From the NCBI RefSeq assembly GCF_963921235.1, contig NC_086108.1:19158001-19222000 (forward strand): a stretch of 64,000 nucleotides of DNA. The letters are read 5' to 3'. The stretch's first letter is position 1, and each line of letters starts with the position of its first letter. This DNA is from Mobula hypostoma (lineage: Eukaryota). The notes beneath the pieces were generated by a model, which saw only the letters and a program-made list of their open reading frames with translations, was not told where the DNA came from and made no database searches. The position numbers and the translations under genes are program-made. Below are positions 27,050-39,960 of the stretch, in pieces.

Positions 27050-28205
27050 ACACACAGTGACCTGCCACACCAACCGGTCATACACACAGCAACCTGCCTC
27101 GCTGACCCATTTCGCCAACCAGTCACACGCACAGCAACCTGTCTCACCAACCAGTTACACATATTGTGATCCATCTCACTAATGGGTCACTCACGGTGAG
27201 CCGTCTCACTGACAGGTCACCCACGGTGAACCGTCTCACCGACAGGTCACCCACGGTGAACCGTCTCACCGACAGGTCACGCACAGTGAACCGTCTCACC
27301 GACAGGTCACGCACAGTGAACCGTCTCACCGACAGGTCACGCACAGTGAACCGTCTCACCGACAGGTCACGCACAGTGAACCGTCTCACCGACAGGTCAC
27401 GCACAGTGAACCGTCTCACCGACAGGTCACGCACAGTGAGCCGTCTCACCGACAGGTCACGCACAGTGAGCCGTCTCACCGATAGGTCACTCACTCACAG
27501 TGACCCGTCTCACCGATAGGTCACACACAGTGACCCGTCTCACCGATAGGTCACACACAGTGACCCGTCTCACCGATAGGTCACACACTGTGACCCATCT
27601 CACCGATAGGTCACACACTGTGACCCGTCTCAGTGACAGGTCACTCACTGTGACCCGTCTCACTGATAGGTCACACACAGTGATCCGTCTCACTGATAGG
27701 TCACTCACAGTAAGCGGTACCGCTGATAGGTCACACACAGTGAGCCATCTCACTGATAGGTCACTCACTCACAGTGACCCATTTCATTGATACATCAATC
27801 ACAGTGACCCGTCTCACCGATAGGTCACACACAGTGACCCGTCTCACCGATAGGTCACACACAGTGACCCGTCTCACCGATAGATCATACACTGTGACCC
27901 GTCTCACCGATAGGTCACACACTGTGACCCGTCTCAGTGACAGGTCACTCACTGTGACCCGTCTCACTGACAGGTCACTCACTGTCAGGTCACTCACTGT
28001 CAGGTCACTCACTGATAGGTCACTCACTGATAGGTCACTCACTGTGACCTGTCTGATAGGTCACTCACTATGACCTGTCTCACTGATAGGTCACTCACTG
28101 TGACCTGTCTCACTGATAGGTCACTCACTGTGACCTGTCTCACTGATAGGTCACTCACTGTGACCTGTCTCACTGATAGGTCACTCACTGTGACCTGTCT
28201 CACTG
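27050..28205. repeat. 30-bp minisatellite (gacaggtcacgcacagtgaaccgtctcacc and variants), ~35 units
   Basis: Perfect 30-bp periodicity at 27241-27420. Variant blocks follow, including a 274-bp higher-order offset (27487 vs 27761) and 16-bp subunits near 27970-28040. Confidence 0.95.
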
Positions 28206-28589
28206 CCCTGTTTTCAATTACCTGTTTCTCTAAAAGGCAATTCACAAGTGTCCAGTCTTTAACTCGTCACATTGGGTAACCTGCCTTGTTAACCAGTCTC
28301 ATTGTAACCCACCTAATAAAGTTTCCTGCCCACTCACACTCAGGCTGTGCCCCCTACATTGTGAGGTGAGTGTAGTCCTTTGAGTGACGTAGCTATGCTA
28401 CGTGGCAACACTTGTGCAGTGCTCACCACTGCTTGGTCTACCTCCTTTTGCTTGATGCACCATTGCATCTCCCACCAACATTTTCTCCCCACCCAGAAAC
28501 ACCCCGATTAGTATCACATGCTTGCATTCAAATCCCACTACAGTCTGCTTCCCATCTTGCAGACCTCATCCAGACACAAGAGCTCTCAG

Positions 28590-28905
28590 CTCCTCCCTCA
28601 CAGCTCCAGAAACCAGGGTATGATCCTGTCCTCTGGTGCTGTCTGTGTGGAGTTTGCATGTTCTCCCTGTGACCACATGCATTACCCCATGCATTTCTAT
28701 TTCCTCCACATCACAAAGATGAGTGACATGGTAGGCTAAATGAAAACTGTAGATTACCTCAGGATGCACTTGAACAAAAATAAAAGGGAAGTTGGTGAGA
28801 GAGAACTTATTGTGTGCCGGTAAAGACAGGCAAAATGGGATTGAATGGGATTGCTGTGCTGGAGCTGGCTGGCATGGACCCAGTGGGCCCCACCGGTATT
28901 CTAAT
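28590..28905 (+). mobile_element. tRNA-derived SINE (HE1-like) copy
   Basis: cctcacagctccagaaaccagggt...ggtgctgtctgtgtggagtttgcatgttctccctgtgacc. Related copies at ~7305-7400(-), 21320-21440(+), 32930-33225(+), 36630-36935(-) and 40370-40630(-). Confidence 0.7.
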
Positions 28906-30686
28906 ATTAGGTTGAATAGCTCACTCACTCAAACTCCCTGGGACATCAGATCTGCACCCACAACTGCCCTCACTGTTGATTGTTGAGAGACCCTGACTGT
29001 GCCTGGTAATTTATTGATGGCCTCATCTCACTGCCTTCTTCACCAGACCCAATGCAGCTTGGGAAATGAAAAATAATTTTCTGAATGCGCTTCCTAACTG
29101 TTGCCACATAAATGTAACTCTGGGATGGTCGGAATGGTTACCAAAGCCTATAAAAAGAAAAACTGATTATCATTCTGTAATAACACCCCGCAACAACCCG
29201 CCAATAACACGGAGCATATTGCTCCCAAAAGCACAGCCCAGCAAAAAGGCTGGTCCTTTACTTGTTCAGCTTTCATCTTTAAAACACAGACAATTATGAA
29301 AGGGAGAGACGGGCTGGCAGGGAAACAGCTTCCAAGCGAAATATAGTGGGTTTTATCTTAATCTTCCTGAACCCCTTCAAAATGAACTTACACAAAGAAG
29401 CCTTTCAATCAAAGCCAGTGCCATGCAGCAGATCTCTTTTGTTACAGTTACTACCTGTTTCTACGGCGATGGATTTCCATGCTTCAGCTATGAAAGTTGA
29501 GGCATTGCCTTTGACCTCCTAAGACCCCATTTGTAGGCCGCTGTGTGCCCAGCCATGAGTCGGAGAAGGTAATGAGTGGGGATCATTGTGTTCAGGCAGG
29601 TTTCTCTGACATGCTGATCCCTGTGGAGCTAGGGAACGTACAGTACTTTCCATATTATATTTTGTCTGTGAAGGCAGGGTCAGGAGTGGAGAAGGGAGGG
29701 ATCGAGCAAGTAAACATGAAGCTGAAAAATGGGCCTTGCAAACTTCAATGACTCCCCTGTGGCCGCAAGGAATGAATCAAAGTACAGAGGGATCCAGTGC
29801 AATTGACATCTAGTCTACTGTTTACATTTTCTTGCATCTATAATTCATCAAAATATCAGAAAGTGGTAAGGCTGTTTGAGGAACAGTCAAGCGAGCAGCC
29901 AGTTGGGAATGAGGAGGTAGGTTCACACTCCCCATTGGAATGGGAAGACAATAAGCATCTAGGATGTCCAACCTGGGTGCAGCCAATCAGGTGAAGGAGA
30001 CTCCCATAGGAAACAGGGGAAAGGAAAGTTCCTCACTCCTGTGTTGTTTTTGGACAGACGCCAGGGTAAGGATTCATCGGTCAAATCGGAATAAGTTTCA
30101 GGAACAGGTCAAGTTTTAATGTTACATTGTTGGTAAAGATGAACATCTCTTCCTGCCACTAGAAGACTTGGGAATTGTCAAGAATCATGCTGACCACAGA
30201 TGGGGTCACACAGTTCACCCCTCCAATTTTGATTGCAGCTGGAAAGAGACTAAATCATGCATGCTGTGTTGGGAGTGTCGGGTGTTAAAGTATGTTAAAG
30301 TATGGTAAAGGATGTTAAATGGAACTTTAACCTCATGAGGCCTGGGATTCAATGCAGTTCAAGAGAAAGCCCTCTTGCTTAAAGGTACAGGGTCCTCCTC
30401 TGATATATTATGGATACTTAATATCACCAACAAGGTTTCCCCCATTTGTAAGCTGGAACTGCTAACTACAAATTAAGACATTCCTGAAAGTTTTGTCACA
30501 TGATCTCCTGGCTCACACGAAGGCCTACCTTAACCATACCACCATCCATTTCTAATCCAATAAGATGCTTGTTGGCTGACCTCATTATTACCAACCTTCG
30601 ACAACCAATAAGATAAAAACATGCTGGGCTGTTGGCAGGGAAGAGCATTTCTTTTGATGCCCCAGAGATTTTTCTCCAGGTTTAAC

Positions 30687-32728
30687 CATAAGACCTAGAA
30701 GCAGCATCAGACCATTTGGCCCATTGAATCTGCTCTGCCATTCCATCATGGCTAATTTACTATCCCTCTCAAGAACCTATCAACCTCCACCTTAAATATA
30801 CCCAATGACTTGGCCTACACAGCCTCATCTGGGGCAAAGAATTCCACAGATTCACCCCCCTTTAACTAAAGAAAATTTTCCTCATATCTGTTCTAAATGG
30901 ATGTCCCTCAATTCTGAGACTGCCCTCTCATCCTAGGCTCCCTCACTACAAGAAACATCCTCTCTACATCCACTCTATCCAGACCTTTCAATATTCAAAT
31001 GGTTTCAATGAGATCCCCTCTTATTCTTCTAAATTCCAGGGAGTACAGGCCCAGAGACACCAAATGCTCCTCACATATTAACTCTTTCATTCCTGGGATC
31101 ATTCTCGTGAACGTCCTCTGGACTCACTCCAATGCCAGCATATTGTTTCTTTGGTAAGGGGCCCAAAGCTGCTTACAGTACTCCAAGTGTGATCTGACCA
31201 GTGCCTTTCTAAAAGTCTCAACATTACTTCCTTGATTTTGTATTCTAGCCCTTTCAAAATGAATTTGCCTTCCTTACTACTAAATCAAACTGCAAATGTG
31301 CCTTTAGGGATTCCTGACCGAGGACCCACAAGTCACTTTGAACCTCTGATTTTTTAATTTTCTCCCATTTAGAAAATAGTCCAGGTCTTTATTCTTTCTA
31401 TCAACGTGGATGACTGTAGAGCTCTTGTGCAGTGTGTTGAAACTCTGACTAATCACCAAGTTAAACAGGAGCCAATGAAGGCAGAGTCGTAGTAAGGTTG
31501 CATTTACTGTGCACTCTTCCACATTAACATCGTATGGTGAAAACTGTTGATAAAAAAATACAAACATATACAGCGTCTGTTTCATTCTGGAAACCAGGCG
31601 CGCTCTCTTTTAGCGAGAGTCTCCAGCCGCCCCGAGTAGCGGGCGAGGGGGTCGCGTCAAACCGCCATCGGGCCCGAGCCCACCCCGCGTCTGAAATTGA
31701 AAAGCCGCCCCAACAGCCGCATCCTTAACAGAAACCGCGTTAATATTTTTACTTCAAATACATTCTTATGAACTTACGGCGTTGCTTCTATAATGTTTCT
31801 TTGTGGGCAGAAACGGAGCTCTTCACGATCACGCTGCACGCAGAGCACCCACCTTCACACCTTCTCCGAGCCGCAGTTACACGTAAGACGCGGCGAAACC
31901 AGAGGTGACGTCATCACGCCGCGATATACCATAGACAATGAATTTACCTTCGTTAAACTGTAACATAATTATCAACTTTTAACTTTAACTAGAAAATAGT
32001 TACAAACAAATTATCTAAAGCATAGACCCAACAAAGTCAAATAAATGCCTTAAGGGCAACACAATGACCATACAGTATAGACTATACTGCCACTTACTTC
32101 TTTGCCCATTCTCCCAATCTGTCCTTCACATACACATTGCAGACACCCTGCTTCCTCAACACTACCTACCCTTCCATCTATTTTTGAATCATCCAAAAGT
32201 TTGGCCACAAAGCCATCAATTCCTTCATCCAAATCATTGACATATAAAATGAAAAAAAGCGGTTCCCACACCAACCCCGACGGAACACCACTAATCACTG
32301 GTAATCAACCAGAAAAGGTTCCCTTTATTCCCTTCTTGCCAGTCTTCTATCCATTCTAGTGCCTTTCCCCTAATACGGTACCATGGGTTCTTATATTGTT
32401 TAACAGTCTCATGTGTGGCACCTTGTCAAAGTCCTTCTGAAAATCCAAGTACACAAGATCCACTGACTTTTCTTTGTCTATCCTGCCTGTTATTTCCTCA
32501 CTGTATTCCCACAGATTTGTCAGGCAAGATTTCCTGTTAAGGAAACCATGCTGACTTTAGCCTATTTTATCATGTGCCTCCAAGTACCCCAAAACCTCAT
32601 CCTTAATAACGGACTCCAGCATCTTTCCATCCACTGAAGTCAGGTTAGATGGCCTTTCATTTCCTTTCTTCTGTCTGCCTCTCCTTCTTAAAGAGTGGGG
32701 AGACATTTCCAATTTTCCAGTCCTCTGA
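30687..32728 (-). mobile_element. CR1 LINE fragment split by a solo LTR
   Basis: SGVPSGLVWEPLFFILYVNDLDEGIDGFVAKLLDDSKI; EDWKIGNVSPLFKK; tail ccataagacc at ~30687. Confidence 0.88.
31415..32063 (-). mobile_element. Solo LTR (649 bp, TGT...ACA) with 5-bp TSD ATGAC
   Basis: atgac at 31410-31414 and 32064-32068; removing the insert restores the CR1 sequence. CpG-rich centre. Orientation is tentative, based on an AGTAAA on the minus strand near 31503-31508. Confidence 0.8.
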
Positions 32729-32925
32729 AACAATGCCATTGTTCAGGGTGGGCACAGGTGGGTGAACAATGCCATTGTTCAAGGTGGGCACAGGTGGGTG
32801 AACGATGCCATTGTTCAGGGTGGGCACAGGTGGGTGAACAATGCCATTGTTCAAGGTGGGCACAGGTGGGTGAACAATGCCATTGTTCAGGGTGGGCACA
32901 GGTGGGTGAACAATGCCATTGTTCA
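32729..32925. repeat. 36-bp minisatellite, 5.5 units (aacaatgccattgttcaRggtgggcacaggtgggtg)
   Basis: Units start at 32729, 32765, 32801, 32837, 32873 and 32909. Confidence 0.95.
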
Positions 32926-33224
32926 ACGTTTGTGCAGCTGAAAAAGCTGCTGCCGCACAACTCCAGTGATCCTGACTGCAGGTGCTGACTATGTGGAGTT
33001 ACACATTCTCTTCATGGTTTTTTTCATGGTTGCTCTGTTTTCCTCCCATACCCCAATGACAAGTGGATTGGTAGGTTATTTGGCTGTTGTCAATTGCCCT
33101 GAGTGTGTGGGTGGGCGGTAGAATCTATGCACAGTTGATGGGAATGTGGGGAGTAAAAGTTACGGGGAAAATTATTTGGGGAATGAGAGCGAATTGAGAG
33201 CTTGCATAGATTTGATGGACTTCA

Positions 33225-33860
33225 AGCCTCAGAGAGACCAGGGGAGTCTGTCTCCTCCACAGTAATGAAAACGTTGGGCATAGGAGTACATTCAGCCAGA
33301 GACTCATTCCACCAAGATGCAACACAGAGCGCCATAGGAAGTCATTCCTGCCTGTGGCCATCAAACTTTACAACTCCTCCCATGGAGGGTCAGACACCCT
33401 GAGCCAATAGGCTGATCCTGGACTTATTTCCTGGTATAATTTACATATTACTATTTAACTATTTATGGTTTTATTACTATTTATTATTTATGGTGCAACT
33501 GTAACGAAAACCAATTTCTCCTGGGATCAATAAAGTATGACTATGACTATATGGGGCTCAGTCTGGACCTCAAGTCTCAGAGAGACCAGGGGAGTCTGTC
33601 TCCTCCACAGTCGGGCTTGATCTGGACCTCAAGTCTCAGAGAGACCAGGGGAGTCTGTCTCCTCCACTGTAATGAAATACGGGGCTCAGTTTGGACTCAG
33701 AGAGACCAGAGGAGTCTGTTTCCTCCACAGTAATGAAATATGGGGCTTGATCTGGACCTCAAGTCTCAGAGAGACCAGGGGAGTTTGTCTTCTCCACAGT
33801 AATGAAATATGGGGCTCAGTCTGGACTCAGAGAGACTAGGGGAGCCTAGAGACCAGAGAC
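33225..33860. repeat. Variable-length (~60-70 bp) tandem repeat (ctcagagagaccaggggagtctgtctcctccacagtaatgaaatatgggg) interrupted by a LINE tail
   Basis: The core is repeated about 6 times; insert at 33271-33549. Confidence 0.85.
33271..33549 (+). mobile_element. Rex1-type LINE 3' end
   Basis: STFSQRLIPPRCNTERHRKSFLPVAIKLYNSS; ends gggatcAATAAAgtatgactatgact. Confidence 0.8.
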
Positions 33861-35461
33861 TATGCCTTCTATTGGAGGAAATACCCTTTTGCAGTCTGAT
33901 TACTGAACTGACACGTTCAGCTCCAAAGAACTCTAGAGGAAGAAGTTTCCTTCACAAACCTGCTCCCACAATTTTCAGTATTGAATCACAGATTGCTCTT
34001 GTTTTTTTTTAAATTTCTAACAACCTTTAAAAACTCTTTAAAAATATTCTCTGTGAATTCTGATAAGTGGAGAGGCAGGTTGATCCCAGCGTAAAGACTC
34101 TCTTCCCCGTGGGTCAACCGTTAAGCCCAGTCTGAGCCAAGGCTCCTGAACGTCAGGTGCTTTTCAAACTAATTCTTTAATCTCTCGGCTCTTCCTCCAT
34201 TCTCCAATGAAGGAACATTAGGAATGCGTTCAGAGTAGGCTGCCCAGTTTTTTCTTCACCACCACCACCACGTCATTGTGCAAGCCCCCCCCCCACTCAC
34301 TCATCCTCCTCCAAACAAAACAGCTTTTCCCCCAGAAGTATCTACAAATTAATTTTCTATCAGAACGATATTTGCGTGTTTACTGATTTTCAGTTGGATC
34401 TGCACTGTGTTGTTCGGCGAAGGACAATAGTCCCATTGTGGAAAGCGAAACGTGAGGCTTGAATTGCTCACTGAAGCTCAGCTGCATGCCACCGACTTCG
34501 GAAAGGTAATACGGCCCACTTAAACAACCCTGCGCGGCTCAAATGACATCGCCACTCGTTACTTTTTAATGCTGCTCCCAAGCATGGCTTGGCTCCTGTT
34601 TGCCAAATGCATTGTCTGGTGAAAGCGGGTCCTGTATCACCTGTTCCACGGACCTGCAGGGGAATGAAGAGGAGAAGGGGGTGGGCGCGGTGTTTACAAA
34701 CACTACTCCGTGTAGGGCCCTGGTTATTGATACCACCGTGACGTTCCTTGAGGTCGGAGACAGGCCAGTGGAAAACAATGGCTTTTCAATCCATTCGGTA
34801 ACTGTACAAGGCTCCTGTCGTTGTGATGGCTTTGTATTGGAGGTGACTTTCTATTTTGGTCCGCATTATGAGGGAGGTTTCGCTCTTGCAGACACTCACT
34901 ACTGTTTCCATTATCCATCATTCCCACAGGGAATTTCATTCCCTCCACTGACTCATTGAGAGAGGGAGTGGGTTTGCTCTGCCATCTCAGCTCTGCTTGG
35001 CTCCACCCAGTCCCAGGTTGTTGCGGTTCTGGCCTTGGAATAGAAGCATGAGTAAATGTTCCGTTCCCGCCCAGTAAAAGGTGCCTACAGCCCCACAGCA
35101 GCTGGCAAATCCATCCCCATCCAGACCTCCGAACAGCCAGCCTGGTGACTCAAACCACAAGTTCCCAATGAAAATATCACCTCCATCTTGGCAATGCAGA
35201 GCTGCACGATTAGGCTCAGCGAGAGCACTGGCTAACTAAGTCACTTAATCTATCTCACACGTGAACCTGTGCTATAAAGTTAAGGAAGTCTCCAAGCATC
35301 CAGAAAGTTCAAACCCACACAAAAGTTCATCGCCAGCTTTTAAGGTTATGCTTCCTGTGTTATTCTAACAACTTTCAGACAAAGTAATTCTTAAGATTTT
35401 TTTTACAGCTTAGTGTTGGGTATATGCAAAATAAGATTTTCATGCTATTAATATATGAACT

Positions 35462-35845
35462 ACATAGAACATAGAATAGTACAGCACCGTACAGGCCCTT
35501 CGGCCCACAATGTTGTGCCGACCCTTAAACCCTGCCTCCCATATAACCCACCTCCACCTTAAATTCCTCCATATACCTGACTAGTAGTCTCTTAAATTTC
35601 ACTAGTGTACCTGCCTCCACCACTGACTCAGGCAGTGCATTCCATGCACCAACCACTCTCTGAGTAAAAAACCCTCTTCTAATATCCCTCTTGAACTTCC
35701 CACCCCTTACCTTAAAGCTATGTCCTCTTGTGGTGCCCTGGGGAAGAGGCACTGGCTGTCCACTCTTATCTATTCCTCTTAATATCTTGTATACCTCTAT
35801 CATGTCTCCTCTTATCCCCCTTCTCTCCAAAGAGCAAAGCCCTAC
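35462..35845 (-). mobile_element. CR1 3' fragment
   Basis: ERRGIRGDMIEVYKILRGID...FFTQRVVGAWNALP; (catagaa)n tail. Confidence 0.88.
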
Positions 35846-37439
35846 CTCGATGGTAATATCCTAACAAATGTGAGCTTATTTACTCTAAGTTATTTGTTTA
35901 AAGACAAGTTTTCTAATGCCATCAAACAGACTGAAATCTGCATCATTTGACCCTTGTTAATAACTCACCCTCCAACGCAAGGCACCAATATTCCCATACA
36001 TTATACAGATAGTTCCCTGATCTAGTCTTATACTATATTTTGTAGTTGTGTATAATTTATATTATGTTGCCCATGAGGCTGCTGCGGACAAGTGTTTCAT
36101 GGCACTGTACCTCACCATACTTGTGCACATGACAATGAAGCTGACAATAAACAATAAAGTATACATTATATAAATTTGCATCAATCCACTTGAATTGCCA
36201 ACACTTGATAAAATGCTTTGCTAAACCAAAATTTGCTTGAAACCCTTCCTACAGTAGCCCTGACTAGATGCTTGAGCCTCTACCGAGACACAAATAACCG
36301 GTCTGTTTGCCAGAAAACGACTAATGAACCGTCCGTTCTGCAACTTCCCTCATTCAATCATGTCCCATTTTGGGAAAGCACTCAGTAGAAATAGGGCTCC
36401 TGTAGATGGGTACATTACTCAGTCTCCATCCAGTATTCACAGGTCGTGTGTCCAGCTGCTTGACGTGAATCCTGAGATGCCACCTGGTTCATTTGGTAGC
36501 ACTCCTGCCTCTGAGCTAATTGCTTAAAAAACAAACGCATCACATGTATGATCGTGAAGGAGCGCTGCATTATCAGAAATAGCTTATTGAGGTTTGTCAT
36601 GTTGCTCCTGTAAGGATAGATTCATAGGGATATCCTGCAGAGAAACAGGCCCCTTGGTACAACATCTCCCATGCTGACCATCAAGTTCCCCTTTTCACAC
36701 TAACCCTATCCTATTCCAGTTTATTTTCCTGCATCACCATCAATGACCAGCCAGATTCTACCAAAATTTACAGACTAATTAACTTACCAACCTGCACACC
36801 TTTAGGATGAGGGGGAAAGGAAATCCATGCAATCACAGGGAGGATGTGCAAACTCCACACAGACAGCACCTGAGGTCTGGATTGAACCTTGGTTACTAGA
36901 ACTGCAATGCAGCGCCTCTACAAGCTGTGCCACTGTGTTTCCCCTGTGTTACAGGTTTCATGATACTTTTCAAAAAGAGGCAGGAATTCTCCATTGCCTC
37001 TGCTTCAAGAAAGGAACAAACTGCTAGAAGCCCTCAGCAGGATGAGCAGCATCTGTGAAGGCAAGTCAACAGCTTTTTACTTTTTAGTTTTCCTACCACC
37101 TCAGTACCACACCCACATCTTTCTTCTGCCACAAGGTTGAAATTACAATGAATACTCAGTGCTTCTCACCCAATTTCATACAGAAAAGAGACATGTTCAT
37201 CTTCGCCCTTCTGGTTTTAATGAAGCCAAAGCTAGTCAACCCATTACAACCTTTACAACATTTCCTCATTCTTCTCCTTTTCAATTTAGTATACATGGCT
37301 AAAGACCCTCCTCTCAGTTACTTTGCTTCTTTCACTCAATAGTTCCACCAGTGAATTACGTAAATGTTTCGAATAATTCAACATTAGGTCATGCTCTTTT
37401 CTGGCTGCTGTTATCAGGAAGAAGCAATATTTGCCTCAG

Positions 37440-37817
37440 GACCCACACCACCAAATTCAGGAACAGTTATTACCCTTCAACCATCACGCTCTTGAACCAG
37501 AGGGGATAATTTCACACAACTTCACTTGGCCCATCACTGAAATGTTCCCATAACCTATGACTCACTTTCAATAACCCTTCATCTTTAGTTCTCGATATTT
37601 TTTCCTCTTTATTTATTATTATTATTATTCAATTTTTTTCTTTCTTTTTGTATTTGCTGTTTGTTGTCTTTTGCACACTGGTTGTCCACCTTATTGGTAC
37701 AGTCTTTCATTGATTATAGTTATTGGATTTATTGAGTATTCCCACAAGAAAATGAAACTCTGGGTTGTATATGGTGACATATATGTACTTTGATAATAAA
37801 TTAACTTTAAACTTTGA
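37440..37817 (+). mobile_element. Rex1-type 3' tail element; second copy at 43770-44090
   Basis: Both copies share caacttcacttg..ccatcactgaaatgttcc...tactttgataataaa..tactttgaactttga. Confidence 0.75.
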
Positions 37818-38464
37818 TTAGGTAACAAAGAACGATGATGATAACCTAGTTTTAAACAACTCTGTGTTCACTGCTGTTTGCTCCCTGTTTATAACCTCCA
37901 TTTTACAGACTGACTGACTTCTTCTGGCTCTTTCCAACTGGTTGCTTAATTGCAGCATTAATGTAGAGTTTATTGGTCTTATGGGAACATCTATAAATTC
38001 TCACACTCAAGCTGATAACATCATTATAACCACCACACACAAGCTGCTTGAATTATGCAAACAAATTTTCCACCCTATTCTCCACACACGCTGTAAACAG
38101 CAGAAAATGACCTGCACAGCAGACTCGTGGTGGGAACCTGTGTTCTCCATACTGCTTTTACTCCCGCACTGTAAAAATGGTATGCTTACTATTGGTCAGC
38201 AAGCACAAAAGCTGACAGGTTGTCACATGCAATGTACTGCTGTAATAGTACTCACTCCTTACGTCATTAGCTGCAAAGTGCTTGAACAAGTCATCAGTTT
38301 ACTAAAAGCAATTGTTTTTTTCAATGTGGCTGGATCAATATGAGCTTTCACCCAAGGATTTCAAAAAGGATAATGTTTGTTCATATTCATCAAAATTATA
38401 TGGTAATAAACTATTTTGTAACATTGGGCCAGTTCTGCAAGGAAGAATCACTAAGTCACTGCTG

Positions 38465-39960
38465 TAGTCAGAGAAAACTACAGCACAGGAACAGCCCATT
38501 GGCCCATCTAGTTCATACTGATCTACTTAAACTGCCAAGTCCCAGTGACCTGCTCCACAACTATAGCCCCCCATACCCTTCCCATTCATGTACCGAATCT
38601 AACCTCTTAAAAATTGAAATTGAAATCACATCCACCACTTGGACTGAGAGCTCATTCCAGACTCTCACTGCCCTCTGAGTGAAGAAGTTTCCCCTCCTGG
38701 TCATCTTAAATATTTTACCTTTCACCTTTAACCAATGACCTCTAGTTGTATCTCACATAACCTCAGTAGAAAAAGCCTGCTTGCATTTACCCTATCTGTA
38801 CCCCTCATAGAAACATAGAAAATGGGTGCAGTAGGCCATTCAGCCCTTCGAGCTTTCACCGCCATTCAGTATGATCATGGCTGATCATCCAACTCAGAAC
38901 CCTGTACCAGCCTTCCCCCCATACCCCCTGATCCCTTTAGCCACAAGGACCATATCTAACTCCCTCTTAAATATAGCCAATGAACTGGCCTCAACTGTTT
39001 CCTGTGGTAGAGAATTCCACAGAAGAAGTTTTTCCTAATCTTGGTCCTAAAAGGCTTCCCTGTTATCCTCAAACTGTGACCCCTTGTTCTGGACTTCCCC
39101 AACATCGGGAACAATCTTCCTGCATCTAGCCTGTCCAATTCCTTTAGGATTTTATATGTTTCAATAAGATCCCCCCTCAATCTTCTAAATTCCAATGAGT
39201 ATAAGCCTAGTCAATCCAGTCTTCCATCATATGAAAGTCCTGCGGTCCCAGGAATCAATCTGGTGAACCTTCTTTGTACTCCCTCTATGGCAAGGATGTC
39301 TTTCCTCAGATTAGGGGACCAAAACTGCACACAATACTCCAGGTGTGGTCTCACCAAGGCCTTGTACAACCGCAGTAGTACCTCCCTGCTCCTGTACTCG
39401 AGTCCTCTTGCATTCGCGTTTTTCACCGCCTGCTGTACCTGCATGCCCACTTTCAATGACTGGTGTATAATGACACCCAGGTCTCATTGCACCTCCCCTT
39501 TTCCTAATCGGCCACCATTCAGATATTAATCTGTTTTCCTGTTTTTGCCACCAAAGTGGATAACCTCTAAAGAAAAAATCTCCCCTCAATCTTCTACATT
39601 CTAGAGAATAAGTTCCAACCTATTCAATCCTTCCTTATAACACAGGTCCTCCAGTCCCAGTAACATCCTTATAATTTTTCTCGATACTCTTCCAATATTA
39701 TTTACATCTTCTCAGGTGACAAAAACTGCACACTATACTCAAAATTAGGCATCACCACTTCAACATAACATCCCAACTCCTGTACTCAATACTTTGATCT
39801 ATGAAAGTCAATGTGCCAAAAGCTTTCTTTAGAACCCTGTCTGTCTGTGATGCCACTTTCAATGAATTACGGAGCTGTATTCCCAGATCCCTCTGTTCTA
39901 CCACACTCCTCATTGTCCTACTGCTCACTGTGTAAGACCTACGTTGGTTGGGCCTGGTCA
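38465..39960 (-). mobile_element. Older CR1 fragment containing a younger CR1 (38806-~39568)
   Basis: The inner copy is near-identical in family to 5704-6230 (catagaaacatagaaaat tail; ORFs 38956-39456). The flanks continue the family seen at 11185-11830. Confidence 0.88.

Noticed and set aside
27144..28279. Repetitive ORFs (RLTDRSRTV / SDLSVRR)
   Set aside because: These are translation artefacts of a 30-bp minisatellite that is open on both strands.
32729..32925. CRISPR-like array (36-bp period, palindromic core)
   Set aside because: The intervening sequences are identical rather than unique spacers, there are no cas genes, and the context is vertebrate.
34600..34959. 119-aa ORF
   Set aside because: Non-ATG start, no recognisable domain or splice context, and antisense within the intron.
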